The notes: generated by a model not told the origin, from the sequence alone. Shown: positions 11,070 to 23,990, counted from the first letter of the whole stretch. The stretch is 47,382 nt of DNA, filler included, from Reclinomonas americana ATCC 50394 (GCA_048213135.1; 43 parts of 43 records of this genome joined end to end with filler, not necessarily neighbours in it); one strand, 5' to 3'. Translations and numbers: made by a program.

Positions 11070-12075
11070 AGCAGTTGGAGCGGGTGCGTCAGCCGCCACC
11101 AGGGACTCGGTCCCTCGATGTCCTCCGCGAGCACGAGCGGCGTCGTGACGGAGTCGACGGGGCCCGATGTGGTCAGTGTTCCCACGGTGCCGTTGTCCTC
11201 GCGCTCGTCGCCCAGGTCGAATTCCGCGGTCGCTGTCGAGAGCGCCCCGTTCCAGAGCACGACGTGGGCGTCATCGTCGGTGACGACCTCGACCTTCTCG
11301 CCCCAGAGCGTGGTCACCTCTCCGACGACCGTGCCCTTCTCGACCGCCGGTGCCTGAGTCTGCAGTGCGGCCTCGGTCTCGGCGAAGAGCGCGCGCGTCG
11401 CGGCGAGGCGCTGCTCGTCGTCGGCCTGATTCAGCACCGCGGCGTACAGATGCACGGTGGTGTCGCCGATCGCCAGCTCCTTCGCCGTCAGCAGGTTCCA
11501 ACCGACCAGCGATCCGGTCTTGATGCCCACGACACCGGGGTCGACGAGCATCCCGTTCGTGTTGATCACCGTGCCGGCACCCGGCAGGTCGACCGACGGC
11601 GTGCCGACGATCTCCGCGAAGACGGGGTTCTTCATCGCCCACTCGCCGAGCTTGAGCAGGGCATCAGGGGTCGCCACATTGCCCTCGTCGAAACCCGAGG
11701 GCGTGACCACGGTGATGCCGCCGAGCCCGCGCTCACGCAACCACACGGCCGCGGCATTCGCGAACTGCTCGTCCGATCCCCAGATCTCGGAGGCGAGGCG
11801 GTCGATGTAGTTGTTCGCGGAGCCCATCAGCGTGCCCTGCAGCATCTGATACTCGGTCAGCACGCCGTCGACCGGCACATCCAGGGCCGACTGATCCGAG
11901 CTGCGGTACTCCCAGTACTCGTCCTCGTCGTCGCTGTCGAAGGAGAACTCCGGACCCTGCTCGCCCACGGCGAGCGGCATCCGATCCAGCACCATCAGAC
12001 TGGTGACGACCTTCGTGATGCTCGCGATGCTCGCAGCATCCGGAGTGGAAGCGGCGGAGCTCACACCGGCGACGC
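11070..12075 (-). CDS. D-alanyl-D-alanine carboxypeptidase (peptidase S11), actinobacterial, partial
   Basis: SxxK (SITK), SxN (SAN) and KTG motifs; C-terminal PSPWWRLTHP. Confidence 0.93.
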
Positions 12076-12230
12076 NNNNNNNNNNNNNNNNNNNNNNNNN
12101 NNNNNNNNNNNNNNNNNNNTTAATTAATTAANNNNNNNNNNNNNNNNNNNNNNNNNNNNNNNNNNNNNNNNNNNNGGTGCGCATTTTGTGTGCTGTGGAG
12201 CAGCTCACATTAGTTTGTTTCTGCATGCAG

Positions 12231-13181
12231 GCCAAGTCACATCCGTTCCCCATCAATTTGGTGCGCTACATCACTGCCGTGCTGCGGTCGTTGCCGGTCA
12301 ATGTCAGTGAGCAGTTCCGAGAGACGGCGCGTGCCATGGTAAGTCGCAGAGAATGGTGGTGATTGAAAGAAAGAGCCGTCCACCAATGTTGATCACCACC
12401 ACCACAATGTGCTGCGCAGGTGGACACACGTGTGGCCACAGCAGTGCTTGACGGAGTCGAGAGTGTGGATCTCGAGGCGGCCGCTCGTGCTTCCGAGGCT
12501 GCCCATGTGGTGGCCAACACGCTCAAGGTGGTGTCTGTCCTCGTGAATCCGTACCTCTTGGCTGCTCTTGCCGGCAAGGACAAGGACGACAAGTCGGTGG
12601 GGTCGAGCGGCAAGAGTTGCGTTTTGTCGGACTTGGTGGTGTCCGTGGAGAGACTCTGTCTCACTGCAGTGTGTGTGTGTGTGCGTGCGTGCAGAGGCTG
12701 CACGGTCCGCGGCGTCAGCGTCTGGCAGTCGTGGTAATCGCGCGGCTGCCGCCAACATGGAGGTCGAGGGTGAGGTGGCCCATCGCGCTGCCGCCGCCGG
12801 TGCGCGAGAGGAGGACGATGATGACGACGAGGAGGAGGAGGATGAGGGCGTTGCGTTGGCCATTCACTTTGTTGTGTTTTCACGCCGTTCTCTTGGCTGA
12901 TATTTTTTGCTTCCTCTTGGTGCGCAGCTTGCGATGGACGGCCACATGCGTTTCGCGCTGGAGAACGTTCGACGTGCTCTCGATGCGTTGATGGATGTGG
13001 ACCACGAGCACGGAGACGACGCCGCTGACGACGAGGAAGGCGGTGGGGACGACGACGAGGAGGATGAGGAGGGTGGCGATGGTGACGATGGTGGCGAGGA
13101 CGACGACGGTGAAGATGATGGTGGTGACGAGGACGATGGAATGGGCGCTGAAGGCGACGACGACGGCGACGACGACGACGA
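12231..13181 (+). CDS. HUWE1/Tom1/UPL1-like HECT E3 ligase internal fragment, 4 exons, entering the acidic region
   Basis: ETARAM|VDTRVATAVLDGVESVDL..HVVANTLKVVSVL then a long D/E tract resembles the AK.M.D...L..IDL....VN..LK.L segment of this family. Confidence 0.5.
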
Positions 13182-13281
13182 NNNNNNNNNNNNNNNNNNN
13201 NNNNNNNNNNNNNNNNNNNNNNNNNTTAATTAATTAANNNNNNNNNNNNNNNNNNNNNNNNNNNNNNNNNNNNNNNNNNNN

Positions 13282-13527
13282 AGCGGTCAGCACATCATCA
13301 GTGCGAGTCGTGATAAGACACTGCGCGTCTGGTCCACTCCGTGTGGTCTTGCTCAGCAGGAGCTCCACGCGGCGCGCTCGGCCTTGTTTGTGGTGCAGGA
13401 GGTGCAACAACAGCAGGAAGAGCCAGACTCACGGTGCTTGCCGGAGATGGTGCTGCGCTGCTTCATTGTGGAGGAGGCAGAGGTCGTGGTGCACCGGTTG
13501 TTTGCCGACCCGGAGATGCGTCTGTGA
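13282..13527 (+). CDS. WD40-repeat protein C-terminus with shared STPxGL..VLRCF tail (paralog 1)
   Basis: SGQHIISASRDKTLRVWSTPCGLAQQELHAARSALFVVQEVQQQQEEPDSRCLPEMVLRCFIVEEAEVVVHRLFADPEMRL*; not listed in the ORF track. Confidence 0.85.
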   Translation, partial: SGQHIISASRDKTLRVWSTPCGLAQQELHAARSALFVVQEVQQQQEEPDSRCLPEMVLRCFIVEEAEVVVHRLFADPEMRL

Positions 13528-13660
13528 GGCGCAGCCAAGGAAGGCTGGAGCCGACAACGTTGACCACAGACAGTGTTGTTGTTTGATCTTCATGCATTCA
13601 TCACGCATCTGTGTTGCACTTTGTTCCCCTTCACTGCCATTATTGTACATTATGATTACA

Positions 13661-13914
13661 ACGACGACAACGACAACACTGTGTCTGTGGTCAATGTCGC
13701 CTTCAACCCGCAGTCCACTTGGTTCTCACTGTGCGGCCACCGGTCAGTGCTGACACTGGCCTTGCTTTCACGCAACCAGCATGTCTTGCACGTTCTTCCC
13801 CTCCACCGCCATCACTGTACTTAATACGACGACAACGACAACACTGTGTCTGTGGTCAATGTCGCCTTCAACCCGCAGTCCACTTGTTTCTCACTTTGCG
13901 GCCACCGGTCAGTG
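13661..13914. repeat. Two 89-bp near-identical direct repeats (13661-13749, 13826-13914)
   Basis: ACGACGACAACGACAACACTGTGTCTGTGGTCAATGTCGCC...CCGGTCAGTG twice, 165 bp apart. Confidence 0.92.
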
Positions 13915-14387
13915 GCTGTCAGTGTGTTGAAATCACTGCTGCGACAACAACAACAACTGCGCCCACCACCAGCCACCACCGATATGAGCCTCACCAACAA
14001 CATGACAAGCTCTCTTGTGGTTCAACCACGCCACACCACCACTGCTTTTGCTTTGCCTGCTTCACGGATCCGGACCCGGCTTTGCTTTGCTTGCCTGGCT
14101 TATGGCCTTTTCCCGAATTCGATGTGCTGTGTACGATCGCAGAAAACGCTATGCGTCTATCTGGTCAACCACGCTTATGCGGTGAAGATCGCAGTTCTCG
14201 ACTTGTTCGGAGCTCCGAGAGCGAACACACACACACATGGAACCTGCTGCTGCCTCAAGATTGGTGTCTGTGTTTATGTTTTGGAAANNNNNNNNNNNNN
14301 NNNNNNNNNNNNNNNNNNNNNNNNNNNNNNNTTAATTAATTAANNNNNNNNNNNNNNNNNNNNNNNNNNNNNNNNNNNNNNNNNNNN

Positions 14388-15367
14388 ACCGACTGCTGCG
14401 AGTGCTCCAGCGACGACTGCAGCTTGGCCGCCAGCGCAATCTGTTGCGCCAGCTTCTCCTCCAGGCTGCGACTCGACGCCTCACGCTCGCGCAACAACTG
14501 CGTGGCCTCCTCCAGCAGGCGATGAATCTCGTCTACCTCGCTCTGCGACTCGGTGAGAGCGTCGGCCAGCTGCGACGCACGCTCCTCGGCCTGGCGACGA
14601 GCCTGTGACTCGTTGGCCAGCTGCGCCTCCAGCTCGGCGAGCCGTGATCGCATCACCGAGTTGTTGCCGTCGGCCTGTGATGAGAGAGGGAGAGAGAGAG
14701 AGAGAGAAGGTGAGTGAGCACACCAAACATACAGATGTACGAGTGTGCGCAAGAAGAAGACTTGCCTCCTTCAGGTGCTGCTGTGTCTCGCTCTTTTGCT
14801 GCAGCAGAATCGTCGTCTCCTGCTTGATCTCCGTCAGCTCGGTGGTGTAGCGCTCAATCAGCAGCTCGCGCTGGTGCACGCGCTCCTCGTACGCCTGCAC
14901 GCGGCTCGCCAGTTCCTGCGAGCGGAGCTGTTCATGCTGCAGCTCGTCGCGGTAGCGATTTGACTCGCCCTCGAACTTGCTGCGCATGTCGTCGTTGCGG
15001 TGACGCAGCTCGTCCATCTGCTGTCGCAGCAGCCGAATCTCCTCGCTCTGCACAGCGGCTCTCGTGCATCAGCAAACGTGAAAGTAGGCAGAGAAAAGAG
15101 GGCACGAGATTGCAAACCTGTGACGACACTGTCGCGTCGCGCTGAGCCAGTGTGCGCTCCAGCGTGTGCTGCGTGTCGCGAGCGTGATCCAAGTTGCGCT
15201 GCAGTGCGTCGTGACGACTCTGGACCTGCACCAGCTCCGTCTGGGCGGTCGACAGCTTCTTATCGCGCTCGCCCAATCCCGTGCGCAGCTCCGACACGTT
15301 CGATGTCAGCAGGCTGATGCGCTGCTCGTACTCATCCACCGTCTGTGCCATGCGATGCTCCAACTGT
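14388..15367 (-). CDS. Long coiled-coil protein, three exons, internal fragment
   Basis: Continuous E/Q/R/L heptads across exons. Confidence 0.75.
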
Positions 15368-15494
15368 GTGCGTGTGTGTGAGATGACACCATANNNNNNN
15401 NNNNNNNNNNNNNNNNNNNNNNNNNNNNNNNNNNNNNTTAATTAATTAANNNNNNNNNNNNNNNNNNNNNNNNNNNNNNNNNNNNNNNNNNNNC

Positions 15495-15885
<391 letters not shown>

Positions 15886-15915
15886 AATGCTCAAATATGC
15901 ATACTGCGGGCACAG

Positions 15916-16279
15916 TTGTTGTTTGGGTGCATGGCTTTCAAGGCGACCCACGGGCGTTCGACGCTCGTGTGTGCGGTGGACGGTCCATGCGTGAGTTGCT
16001 CGAGGACGGGCAGTGCGTCGTGGTCAATTTTGAGTACGACTCAGCAGAGGACGCTGCCGACGTTGCTGCGCGACTGGCGGAAACTCTTGCGGCTTATGCA
16101 GCGAGTGACATCATTATCGTGGCACACTCGCTTGGTGGTCCCATTTCAACTCGCGCTGTCAAACTTCTCAAGGGCACTGTTGAAAGTACGCGTCTTCACT
16201 TCGTCTGATCTCCTTTGACATGACGTGGCTGAGCAATATGCAGATGTCGTAATTGGCTTGGCTACTCTTGACTCTCCGT
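15916..16279 (+). CDS. Alpha/beta hydrolase (DUF676/PGAP1-like serine esterase) fragment; exons 15916-16185, 16244-16279
   Basis: VVWVHGFQG, IIIVAHSLGG nucleophile elbow, GLATLDSP. Confidence 0.85.
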
Positions 16280-16442
16280 GTGAGCTGCCGCCACCAAGGT
16301 TGCTTGAGGTCAGTGCGTGCGTGTGTATGTATGTATGTAAGTATGTATGTGTGTGTGGTGTGTGTTTGTGTGTGTTTGTGTGTGTGTCTGTGTGTGTGTG
16401 TGTGTGTATGTGTGTGTGTGCGTGTGTATGTGTGTGTGTGTG

Positions 16443-16498
<56 letters not shown>

Positions 16499-16600
16499 NN
16501 NNNNNNNNNNNNNNNNNNNNNNNNNNNNNNNNNNNNNNNNNNTTAATTAATTAANNNNNNNNNNNNNNNNNNNNNNNNNNNNNNNNNNNNNNNNNNNNGC

Positions 16601-16816
16601 GCGAGCGGAGACAAGACGATCCGAGTGTGGTCCACGCCGCGTGGGCTAGCGCGGCAAGAGCTCGTGTCCGCACAATCAGCCGTGCTGGCTGTCAGTGACC
16701 TGCTCGCCGAAGATGATGCCGACTGGATCTTGGTCGACGTCGTGCTGCGTTGTTTTGTGCTGGAGGATGCAGAGGTGATTGAACGCCGTGCGCCTGGATG
16801 GTGCTGGACGGAGTGA
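16601..16816 (+). CDS. WD40-repeat protein C-terminus with shared tail (paralog 2)
   Basis: ASGDKTIRVWSTPRGLARQELVSAQSAVLAVSDLLAEDDADWILVDVVLRCFVLEDAEVIERRAPGWCWTE*. Confidence 0.85.
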   Translation, partial: ASGDKTIRVWSTPRGLARQELVSAQSAVLAVSDLLAEDDADWILVDVVLRCFVLEDAEVIERRAPGWCWTE

Positions 16817-17703
16817 GCTCAATGAATGTACGAAGACCGATGGCTGTCATTGCGCGTAACTCTGTCATGTTAACCGCCACACCGCTTTACACGCGCACTT
16901 GCCAGGTGGAGGCAGCTGGAAAGCAGACAGAGAGGGATTGCAACAAGAGTATTCCGAGAACGAGGAGTGTGTGGGTGGGTGGTTGAGATAAGGCCTTGGA
17001 ATGAGCAGACACGTGCTGCTCGGCGATGAGTGAGTCCTCGCTCTCCCACCGACACGCACGCCTTGTGCCTGTGCCTTCATGTCGCCCTGCGGCGGGAATG
17101 CCAGCCTGTCGCTGTTTGAAGCAGCGGCCAGCGGCCTCGAGCTCCCCTTCTCACATTGGTACCGTGTGACCATGGTGAGGGCGTCAAGCATCGATTCAGA
17201 TGGCCACTCTTCTCGCCTCGCACGACATGGGCTTCTCGCACGTGCATGTGTGCCCTGAACAGCTGGTGTGGCGCACCCCACTCACGAGTTGCATTGAATC
17301 GTGTCTCTTCGTCACTCGTGTGCTATTGCCTCTCCACTCGACTCACGCGCATATACTTGACTCGGAGGAGTTAATGCTCATGGTGTGTCGCGTTGAACAG
17401 GCGCGGCATGCATGCAGACACTTTCAATGCCGCTCACATCGCTGAATGGAGCACCACAACGAGGACGCGGAGAGAAAGGAGGCAATGAGACACAGACAGC
17501 ACAGCGAGCCGCACACACACACGCGAGAGAGAGAAAGATAAGAGGATGTTGATGTTCCGTCGGATGACGGAATCTGAGTGCTTCACGCACACACACACAC
17601 ACTNNNNNNNNNNNNNNNNNNNNNNNNNNNNNNNNNNNNNNNNNNNNTTAATTAATTAANNNNNNNNNNNNNNNNNNNNNNNNNNNNNNNNNNNNNNNNN
17701 NNN

Positions 17704-18708
17704 CAGGGGGTTGGTGGTCAAAAAAGCGCGCAGCGAGCACTTGCAATTTCACACTGTTACAGAAAATTCAAACGAGCTCGAGCGAGGCAGCACTCACCCA
17801 CCTCGTGATCCTTCTGAAATCATGGGATCCGCGCGGCACGCACGCATACGCACACGACGTCTTGGCCATGGCAAGAACGCAAATTTTCTTGCATGCGCAG
17901 CGCAGCGCTGCGCGGCGAAGCTTAGCTACAGGCGGGCGACGACCAGTTCAGCCAGCCATTTTTCCAAAGACTCAAGCACAAGGTCACATCACACCGTTCC
18001 CAAACAAGTGCCGAAACGCAGAAAACGGACTGTAGAATCCGTCGATCGATTTTCTCCGCGACCTATGCGACGCAGCGAGGGGGCGGTGAGCAGTGGACAC
18101 CACAACACACCACGCGTGCACACAAAGACAGTAGCACACTACGCGAGACACACACACGAGAGAGAGAGAGAGCACGAAAAGTTCTGTGTTCCCCTCCGAA
18201 CTGACTCTCACACCCGGGGCGGCTCCTTGTCCCATCTCATACTCACTCACACACACACTCAACACACACACTCTCTCTCACTCACACACTCTCTCTCACA
18301 CAGGCAACAACAACAACAGAGACACCAGCAACAGTGGAACTTTTGCGCGCCTCACCAACCACAGACAACGCCCGTGCCTCTCCTCCTCCTGCAACAACAA
18401 CAGCACACAAGCTACTCACTCACCGCGCACTCTCTCCTCGCCACCCTCGAGTTGCGCACGCATCTGTGTGTGTGTGAGAGAGAGAAAGTGACTTTCAACG
18501 TGCAACTGACTTCTTCTTGTCATGTGTTAGCCGGTGGTTGTTCCTCCACTCCCGCTTGATCCTTCTGGGCGGTGGGGTGTTCGTCAGCAGCAACCGGGCT
18601 CTCCTCGTGCGAGGCGGAACAACAAGATGAATCGATCTACGGGACTCTTCCTGCCCGATACTCGGTGCGGATCATTGCATACTGGCGAGGGATTGCTCTC
18701 CTCTCCTC
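17704..18708. repeat. Contig nearly identical to 41982-42981; carries probable low-complexity exons (~18304-18450, ~18531-18664, + strand)
   Basis: Colinear end to end; differences are SNPs and indels, mostly in microsatellites. Confidence 0.93.
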
Positions 18709-18881
18709 NNNNNNNNNNNNNNNNNNNNNNNNNNNNNNNNNNNNNNNNNNNNTTAATTAATTAANNNNNNNNNNNNNNNNNNNNNNNNNNNNNNNNNNNN
18801 NNNNNNNNGAGAGAGAGAGAGAGAGAGACACAGAGAGAGAGAGTGAGTGAGTGAGTGACCAACACCCTCCATCAAACGCAC

Positions 18882-19669
18882 CTTCTGAATCTGATTGGCG
18901 TGCTTCATGATCGATGTCGGAATGTTGTACTTGAGTGCGGAGAGCTGGCGGACCTCACGCAAAAAGTTGACGAGGCGCTCGGAAAAATTGACGCGCATCT
19001 TCTGCCCCTCCACCATCTCGAGCATGTTGCGGGTGGCATCGAGTGTGTAGTCCTCGTCGCCCTTCTTGATGCCGCTCTGCACGTCACGCACCCAGTTGCG
19101 GAAGTGGTCCTTCTCGAATGAGCGCACCGCCTGCGACAACTGCTCGCAGGCCGACAGGAGCGAGTCATACGTCGGTAGCGACGACAGCAGCGACTTGGCG
19201 GCGCTGACAGTCTCGTTGATCTTGAGCAGAATCTGCTTGGCCCACACCAGGTCCGTGAAGACGGCAGAAGAATTGCGGCCTGTGTAGGAGTGGGAAATGT
19301 CAGGAAGCTGGCTGGAGGAAGCGTGTATTCGTGCCAAAACTCACCGACAAGAGCCGACTGCATGCCAACACTGCGCTCGCTGCGTCGTCGCTCAAACTCA
19401 TCGCGCAGCGACGACACATACGAGATCAACTGGCCCAGCAGGTACTCGCGCTCCTGCGCCAGCAGCTCCGAAATGTGGGGCCGGCAAATGAGGTCGCGGT
19501 ACATGCTGAACTCGTGCAGCAGCTGGCGCGGCGCAGAGTGCAGTGATGAGAGGCGTTCGCGCAGCTTGGAAGCCACACGCTGGTATGCCGACTGCATGGA
19601 GCGCTCGTAGCCGGCCACGGCGCGCAACCAGGCCGGGTCGGTGTAGGGATTGTAGGCCAGGGGGCGAAC
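18882..19669 (-). CDS. DYNC2H1: Cytoplasmic dynein-2 (retrograde IFT) heavy chain, N-terminal tail; exons 19669-19345, 19279-18882
   Basis: YNPYTDPAW, PRQLLHEF..Y.DLI.RP.IS..L..ERE.LL, FSERLVNFLREVRQLSAL. Confidence 0.93.
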
Positions 19670-19745
19670 CTGCAGGAGCGGGGGAGGGAGAGGTGAGAAA
19701 GGAGAGGGAGGAGAAGGGGAAAGGGTTGGAGGACAGGGTAATGAA

Positions 19746-19807
<62 letters not shown>

Positions 19808-19912
19808 GACGTNNNNNNNNNNNNNNNNNNNNNNNNNNNNNNNNNNNNNNNNNNNNTTAATTAATTAANNNNNNNNNNNNNNNNNNNNNNNNNNNNNNNN
19901 NNNNNNNNNNNN

Positions 19913-20507
19913 CGACGAGTGCGCGTGTGTGGCGCTCGCGGCCGACATGACCAGCGCAGAGGCCGAGTTTGAGGCACCTCCACCGCCTGACGCAGACGAT
20001 GCCTGGCGTCGGCGTGTGCGATAGGCGGCCAGGCGTTGTTGCAGCTCGGCAGTCGACGTGAGACCGCTGCCATCGTGACGACCGTCTGTGCGTGTGTGAG
20101 AGAAGGTGTGAGTCATGTGTGTGTGAGCGTGCGTGTGCGTGAGTGGAAGGGAAGGCAGGGTGTGTGTGCGTGAGAGAGAGCGCGTGCGTGTGTGAGAGAA
20201 GAGTGCGTACGTGTGCGTGCGTGCGAACAGTAGGAGAAATCGAGACAAAAGTCGCGTCTTCCTCTCTCTCTCACACACTCACGCACTCTCTCACACACAC
20301 TCTCTCTCGCACGCACACTCTCTCCACACATGCATACACACACGCACTTGCACATGCGAGCAGTTGCACACACTCACTCTATGTCTTACTCTCTCACTCT
20401 CACTCTTCTCTCTCACCATGCATGGGTCCAACTTGTTGTTGCTGCTGCTGCTGTTGTTGTTGCTGAGCAGCAGCAGCAAAGAGATCGCGTTGATCGCGGA
20501 TTGACAT
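19913..20507 (-). CDS. Unknown low-complexity protein N-terminus, two exons
   Basis: MSIRDQRDLFAAAAQQQ..GPMH|DGRHDGSGL.. joined in frame by a GT-AG intron. Confidence 0.45.
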
Positions 20508-21017
20508 GTGTGTGTGAGAGAGAAAAGGAGTCGCTCACGTTCTTATGTGTGTGTCAGTGAGTGAGACAGTCAGACACGCGCACACACACAGAGAGAGAGA
20601 GAGAGAAACACACACTGTGCGCGTGTGTTGTGTGTCTCTCTTTTGCGCGTTGTGTTGTATGTGAGACAGTGTGATTGTGTGTGCGAGAGCTGCTCAGTTG
20701 CAATTTGTCTCTCTGTTGAGGGCCTTTTTTTCTCTTGTGTTTTTTATGAGTGAGAGTGTGCTTTGGCCAGTGGCATGTTGTTCGTCGCGATTGGTGTTGG
20801 TGTTGGCGGGTGAGTGAGTGAGTGAGTGAGAGAGAAGGGAGGATGTCTTTTCTCTGTCTCTGAGTGAGAGACTTGCTCGGTTTCCTCATTGTCACAGAGA
20901 GAGGGAGGGAGGGAGGGNNNNNNNNNNNNNNNNNNNNNNNNNNNNNNNNNNNNNNNNNNNNTTAATTAATTAANNNNNNNNNNNNNNNNNNNNNNNNNNN
21001 NNNNNNNNNNNNNNNNN

Positions 21018-21990
21018 CTGGTACGCCCGCGACACGAATGGCTCACGACGCTGCGCGAATCCACCACGTTGCTGTGTCATGGAGTTGCCGGCCACGCTGA
21101 CACCGACAGTCGAAAAACTGCTGGTCGATGCAGTGGTGTTGCAGATGAGTTCGCTGCTCGAGATCGATACTGGCGTCGCCTCCCAGTTGTCAAACGTGCA
21201 CTTGGTACCGAAGGATGCCGGGGGGAAATTTGTGCCACGCACGCGGACAGTTCCCACTGGCCCCACAGCAGGCTCAACCGCCGTCACCGTGGAGGCAGCT
21301 ACACAACAAGCAAGCGCACCATCAGCCAGACACGCACATCATGATAGAGTGCGAGAGTGCGTGTGAGAGAGTGTGTGTGCGTGTGTGCATGTGTGTGAAC
21401 TCACCCAAATATGTCAGCGACGTGGTCGCTGAGTAGTCCACGCCATTGTACGTGACATCGACAGTGGCTATGCCTCCGACAGACCGCGCCGGGGCGAGGA
21501 ACTCCAGACGCGATGTCGACACTCGCCACGTCGGCACAGCTGATGAATCCACACGCACTTGCAGGTACTGTGACTCCTCCAAGTTTGACCCATCCAGTTG
21601 CACTGGGAACGAGTTGGATGTGGCAGGCACCCACAGCGGCATCAATGCGCTGATGGTTGGTGTGCCTGTGCGACGCGCGAGTCAATAACCACAGTGCACA
21701 GCGAGAGAAAGAGAGAGAGAGCACATGCGCACCTCGATACGTGAACGAGGCAGTGTTGTATGACTGCAGGGAGCCATTAACTCGCACAATCACGCTCACA
21801 GTTCCTGCCGATCCCGATGGAGTCGTAAACTGAATGGTCGTGCTGCCCTGCACTGTCGCGGCTACGCTGTTGGAGCCCACAACCACAGTCACAGTCCCCG
21901 ATGTGGGAAACGCGGCGCCGGTCAGCACAGTTGCCGTCCCTCCGCTGGTTGGGCCAAGCCATGGCTGGATGCTGCTGATGGTGGACAGGT
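21018..21990 (-). CDS. IPT/TIG tandem-domain surface protein; exons 21990-21733, 21665-21405, 21298-21018
   Basis: ISSIQPWLGPTSGGTATVLTGAAF..FTY, VDVTYNGVDYS, VTAVEPAVGPVG..GTNF..CTF. Confidence 0.9.
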
Positions 21991-22122
21991 CTGTGCGCGT
22001 GAGCAACAACAACAACAACAAANNNNNNNNNNNNNNNNNNNNNNNNNNNNNNNNNNNNNNNNNNNNTTAATTAATTAANNNNNNNNNNNNNNNNNNNNNN
22101 NNNNNNNNNNNNNNNNNNNNNN

Positions 22123-23127
22123 CAGCTTCCCGAGTTTATCACGCTGCGCACGCCAGCTGTTCTGTTTCGCATGTTATCTCACGAGCAACTGACGGTGAGA
22201 GAGGCCACGAAGCGCGCCATGTGGACGTTTCTCTCTCGGTCACCGTTTGAGGTGGGGATTGCGCGGTGATTGTCGTGTGCGTCATGATCGTGCTCACCAG
22301 GGAAATTGTAGGACACGGTGGCCATGTTTGTCAAGTGCCTGCAGCGCCTTGATGAGCTGTCCAGTGGCTTGCTCGGTGCACACGAAGCGTTGCGTTCCCA
22401 TGAGCACCTTTCCTTGCATTGGTGGAGACGTGAGTGCCTCATGCGTTCGGCGTCAGTGAGGGCATTCTCAGCATGTGCATGACGATTGTGAAGAATGTCG
22501 GCTTTGAAAGATTACACCCACATCTCTTTCGACTCATCAACACGGTGGATCGGTATCTGGGTCACGACGATGCGTCCACAGTGCGACAAATGTCGTCGTC
22601 TGTGTTGGATTTGTTGGTGAGCATTGTTTTTGCCTGTTGTGTATTGTTTTTTTGTTCTTTGCTGACAATGTCATGACAGGCGCGAAAGGACCACGCGCCT
22701 CCATACGAGATCCTGACTGCGGTGCTGCAGTCACTCGTGTCGCACTGGCACGTCGATCCGGACGTGTTGCGAACGCAACCCATTGAGTTCTCCAAAGGTA
22801 CCGTGATTTCTCTCTACGCAGCAATAACGGTTTGCGGATGTCATTGAACTATCGTGGCGTGCATCTCTGTGCAGATGAGAGCACTGGTGTTGTCGGTGGT
22901 GCTGCTGCTCTCAGCAACGGAGAAGCTTCGCCAACAGGGCACTGTTCCTGGCAGCACAAGGAGGGCCGGTTGCTGACGTACGAGCTGCTGCTCTCGTATC
23001 TGATCCAGGAACACTCGCAAACCATCCTCCCGCCCGCCATGTCTCCGTCGCGCTTGAAGGGACACGCACGGACATCATCGTCGCCCACCATTAACAGGGC
23101 CAGCGCACCTCCCACACCCAGCAACGG
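22123..23127 (+). CDS. HEAT-repeat-like protein, multi-exon internal fragment
   Basis: HEQLTVREA.., YLGHDDASTVRQMSS, SWQHKEGRLLTYELLL; frame-preserving introns. Confidence 0.65.
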
Positions 23128-23367
23128 NNNNNNNNNNNNNNNNNNNNNNNNNNNNNNNNNNNNNNNNNNNNTTAATTAATTAANNNNNNNNNNNNNNNNN
23201 NNNNNNNNNNNNNNNNNNNNNNNNNNNAGCAGACACAGTGAATGAGTGAATGACTGAGCGAGGAGAGCGAGGGAGGGGAAGAAGGAACAATGCAACAGGG
23301 ACAACTCACAGAGACGTCCGAACCTTGTGATGCATGCACCGGCGATGGTGGAGACAAGGAGAGAGAC

Positions 23368-23990
23368 AACTCTCCATTTGAGCAGGATCACGGATCGTGC
23401 TGCTGAACAGACACAATGAATGAATGAGCTCGAGTGAGCGAAGCAGACGCGGTTGATTTCCCATCCACACCGCAAGGCCACACATACGCACGTACCTCCA
23501 AAAGATGCCTATGTCGCCACATCCAGCAAATCTACCTCTTTTCTCCTTCTCCTCCTCACTCCTCCTCCTCAAGGGGAAGACGATGAAATGGCACACCAGC
23601 AATTTGGTGGAGGCGAATTGGGATCAATATTCGTCCAGATGGAGGAGGTGGCGGTGCGAGTCGCGCTCCATGAGTGTCTCTTGCATCATCAACGAGAGCG
23701 TCTGTGCGAGCAGGAAACCATGCTGATGAGTGAGAGCACGCAGCGTGAGAAGAGAGAAAAAAAGAGAGAAACAGGACGATGGGCTGCTGCCAGAGTGGAG
23801 GTTTCTCTTTTCTTCATCTCTTTAACGACCAGTCTTTCTCTCTCTGTCTCTCCCCAAACCGACACCGCTTCTAGCGTCAAGTACACGAAAATTGATCTTC
23901 CTTGTGTGTTCTGCAAGCCAACGGCTCAAAATAGCAACAACAGCAACCACACACACACGAAGACATTCACTCGTTGCGCATCGGAAGAAT
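23368..23990 (-). CDS. Possible unknown multi-exon gene fragment
   Basis: Short exons (EHTRKINFRVLDARS, AWFPARTDAL..RILIPIRLHQIA, AARSVILLKWR) between GT/AG sites; no homology recognised. Confidence 0.3.

Noticed and set aside
14675..14765. GC-AG intron (GAG|GCAAGT) in the coiled-coil gene
   Set aside because: Plausible, but an in-phase GTATGT donor lies 33 nt further on; cannot be decided without RNA data
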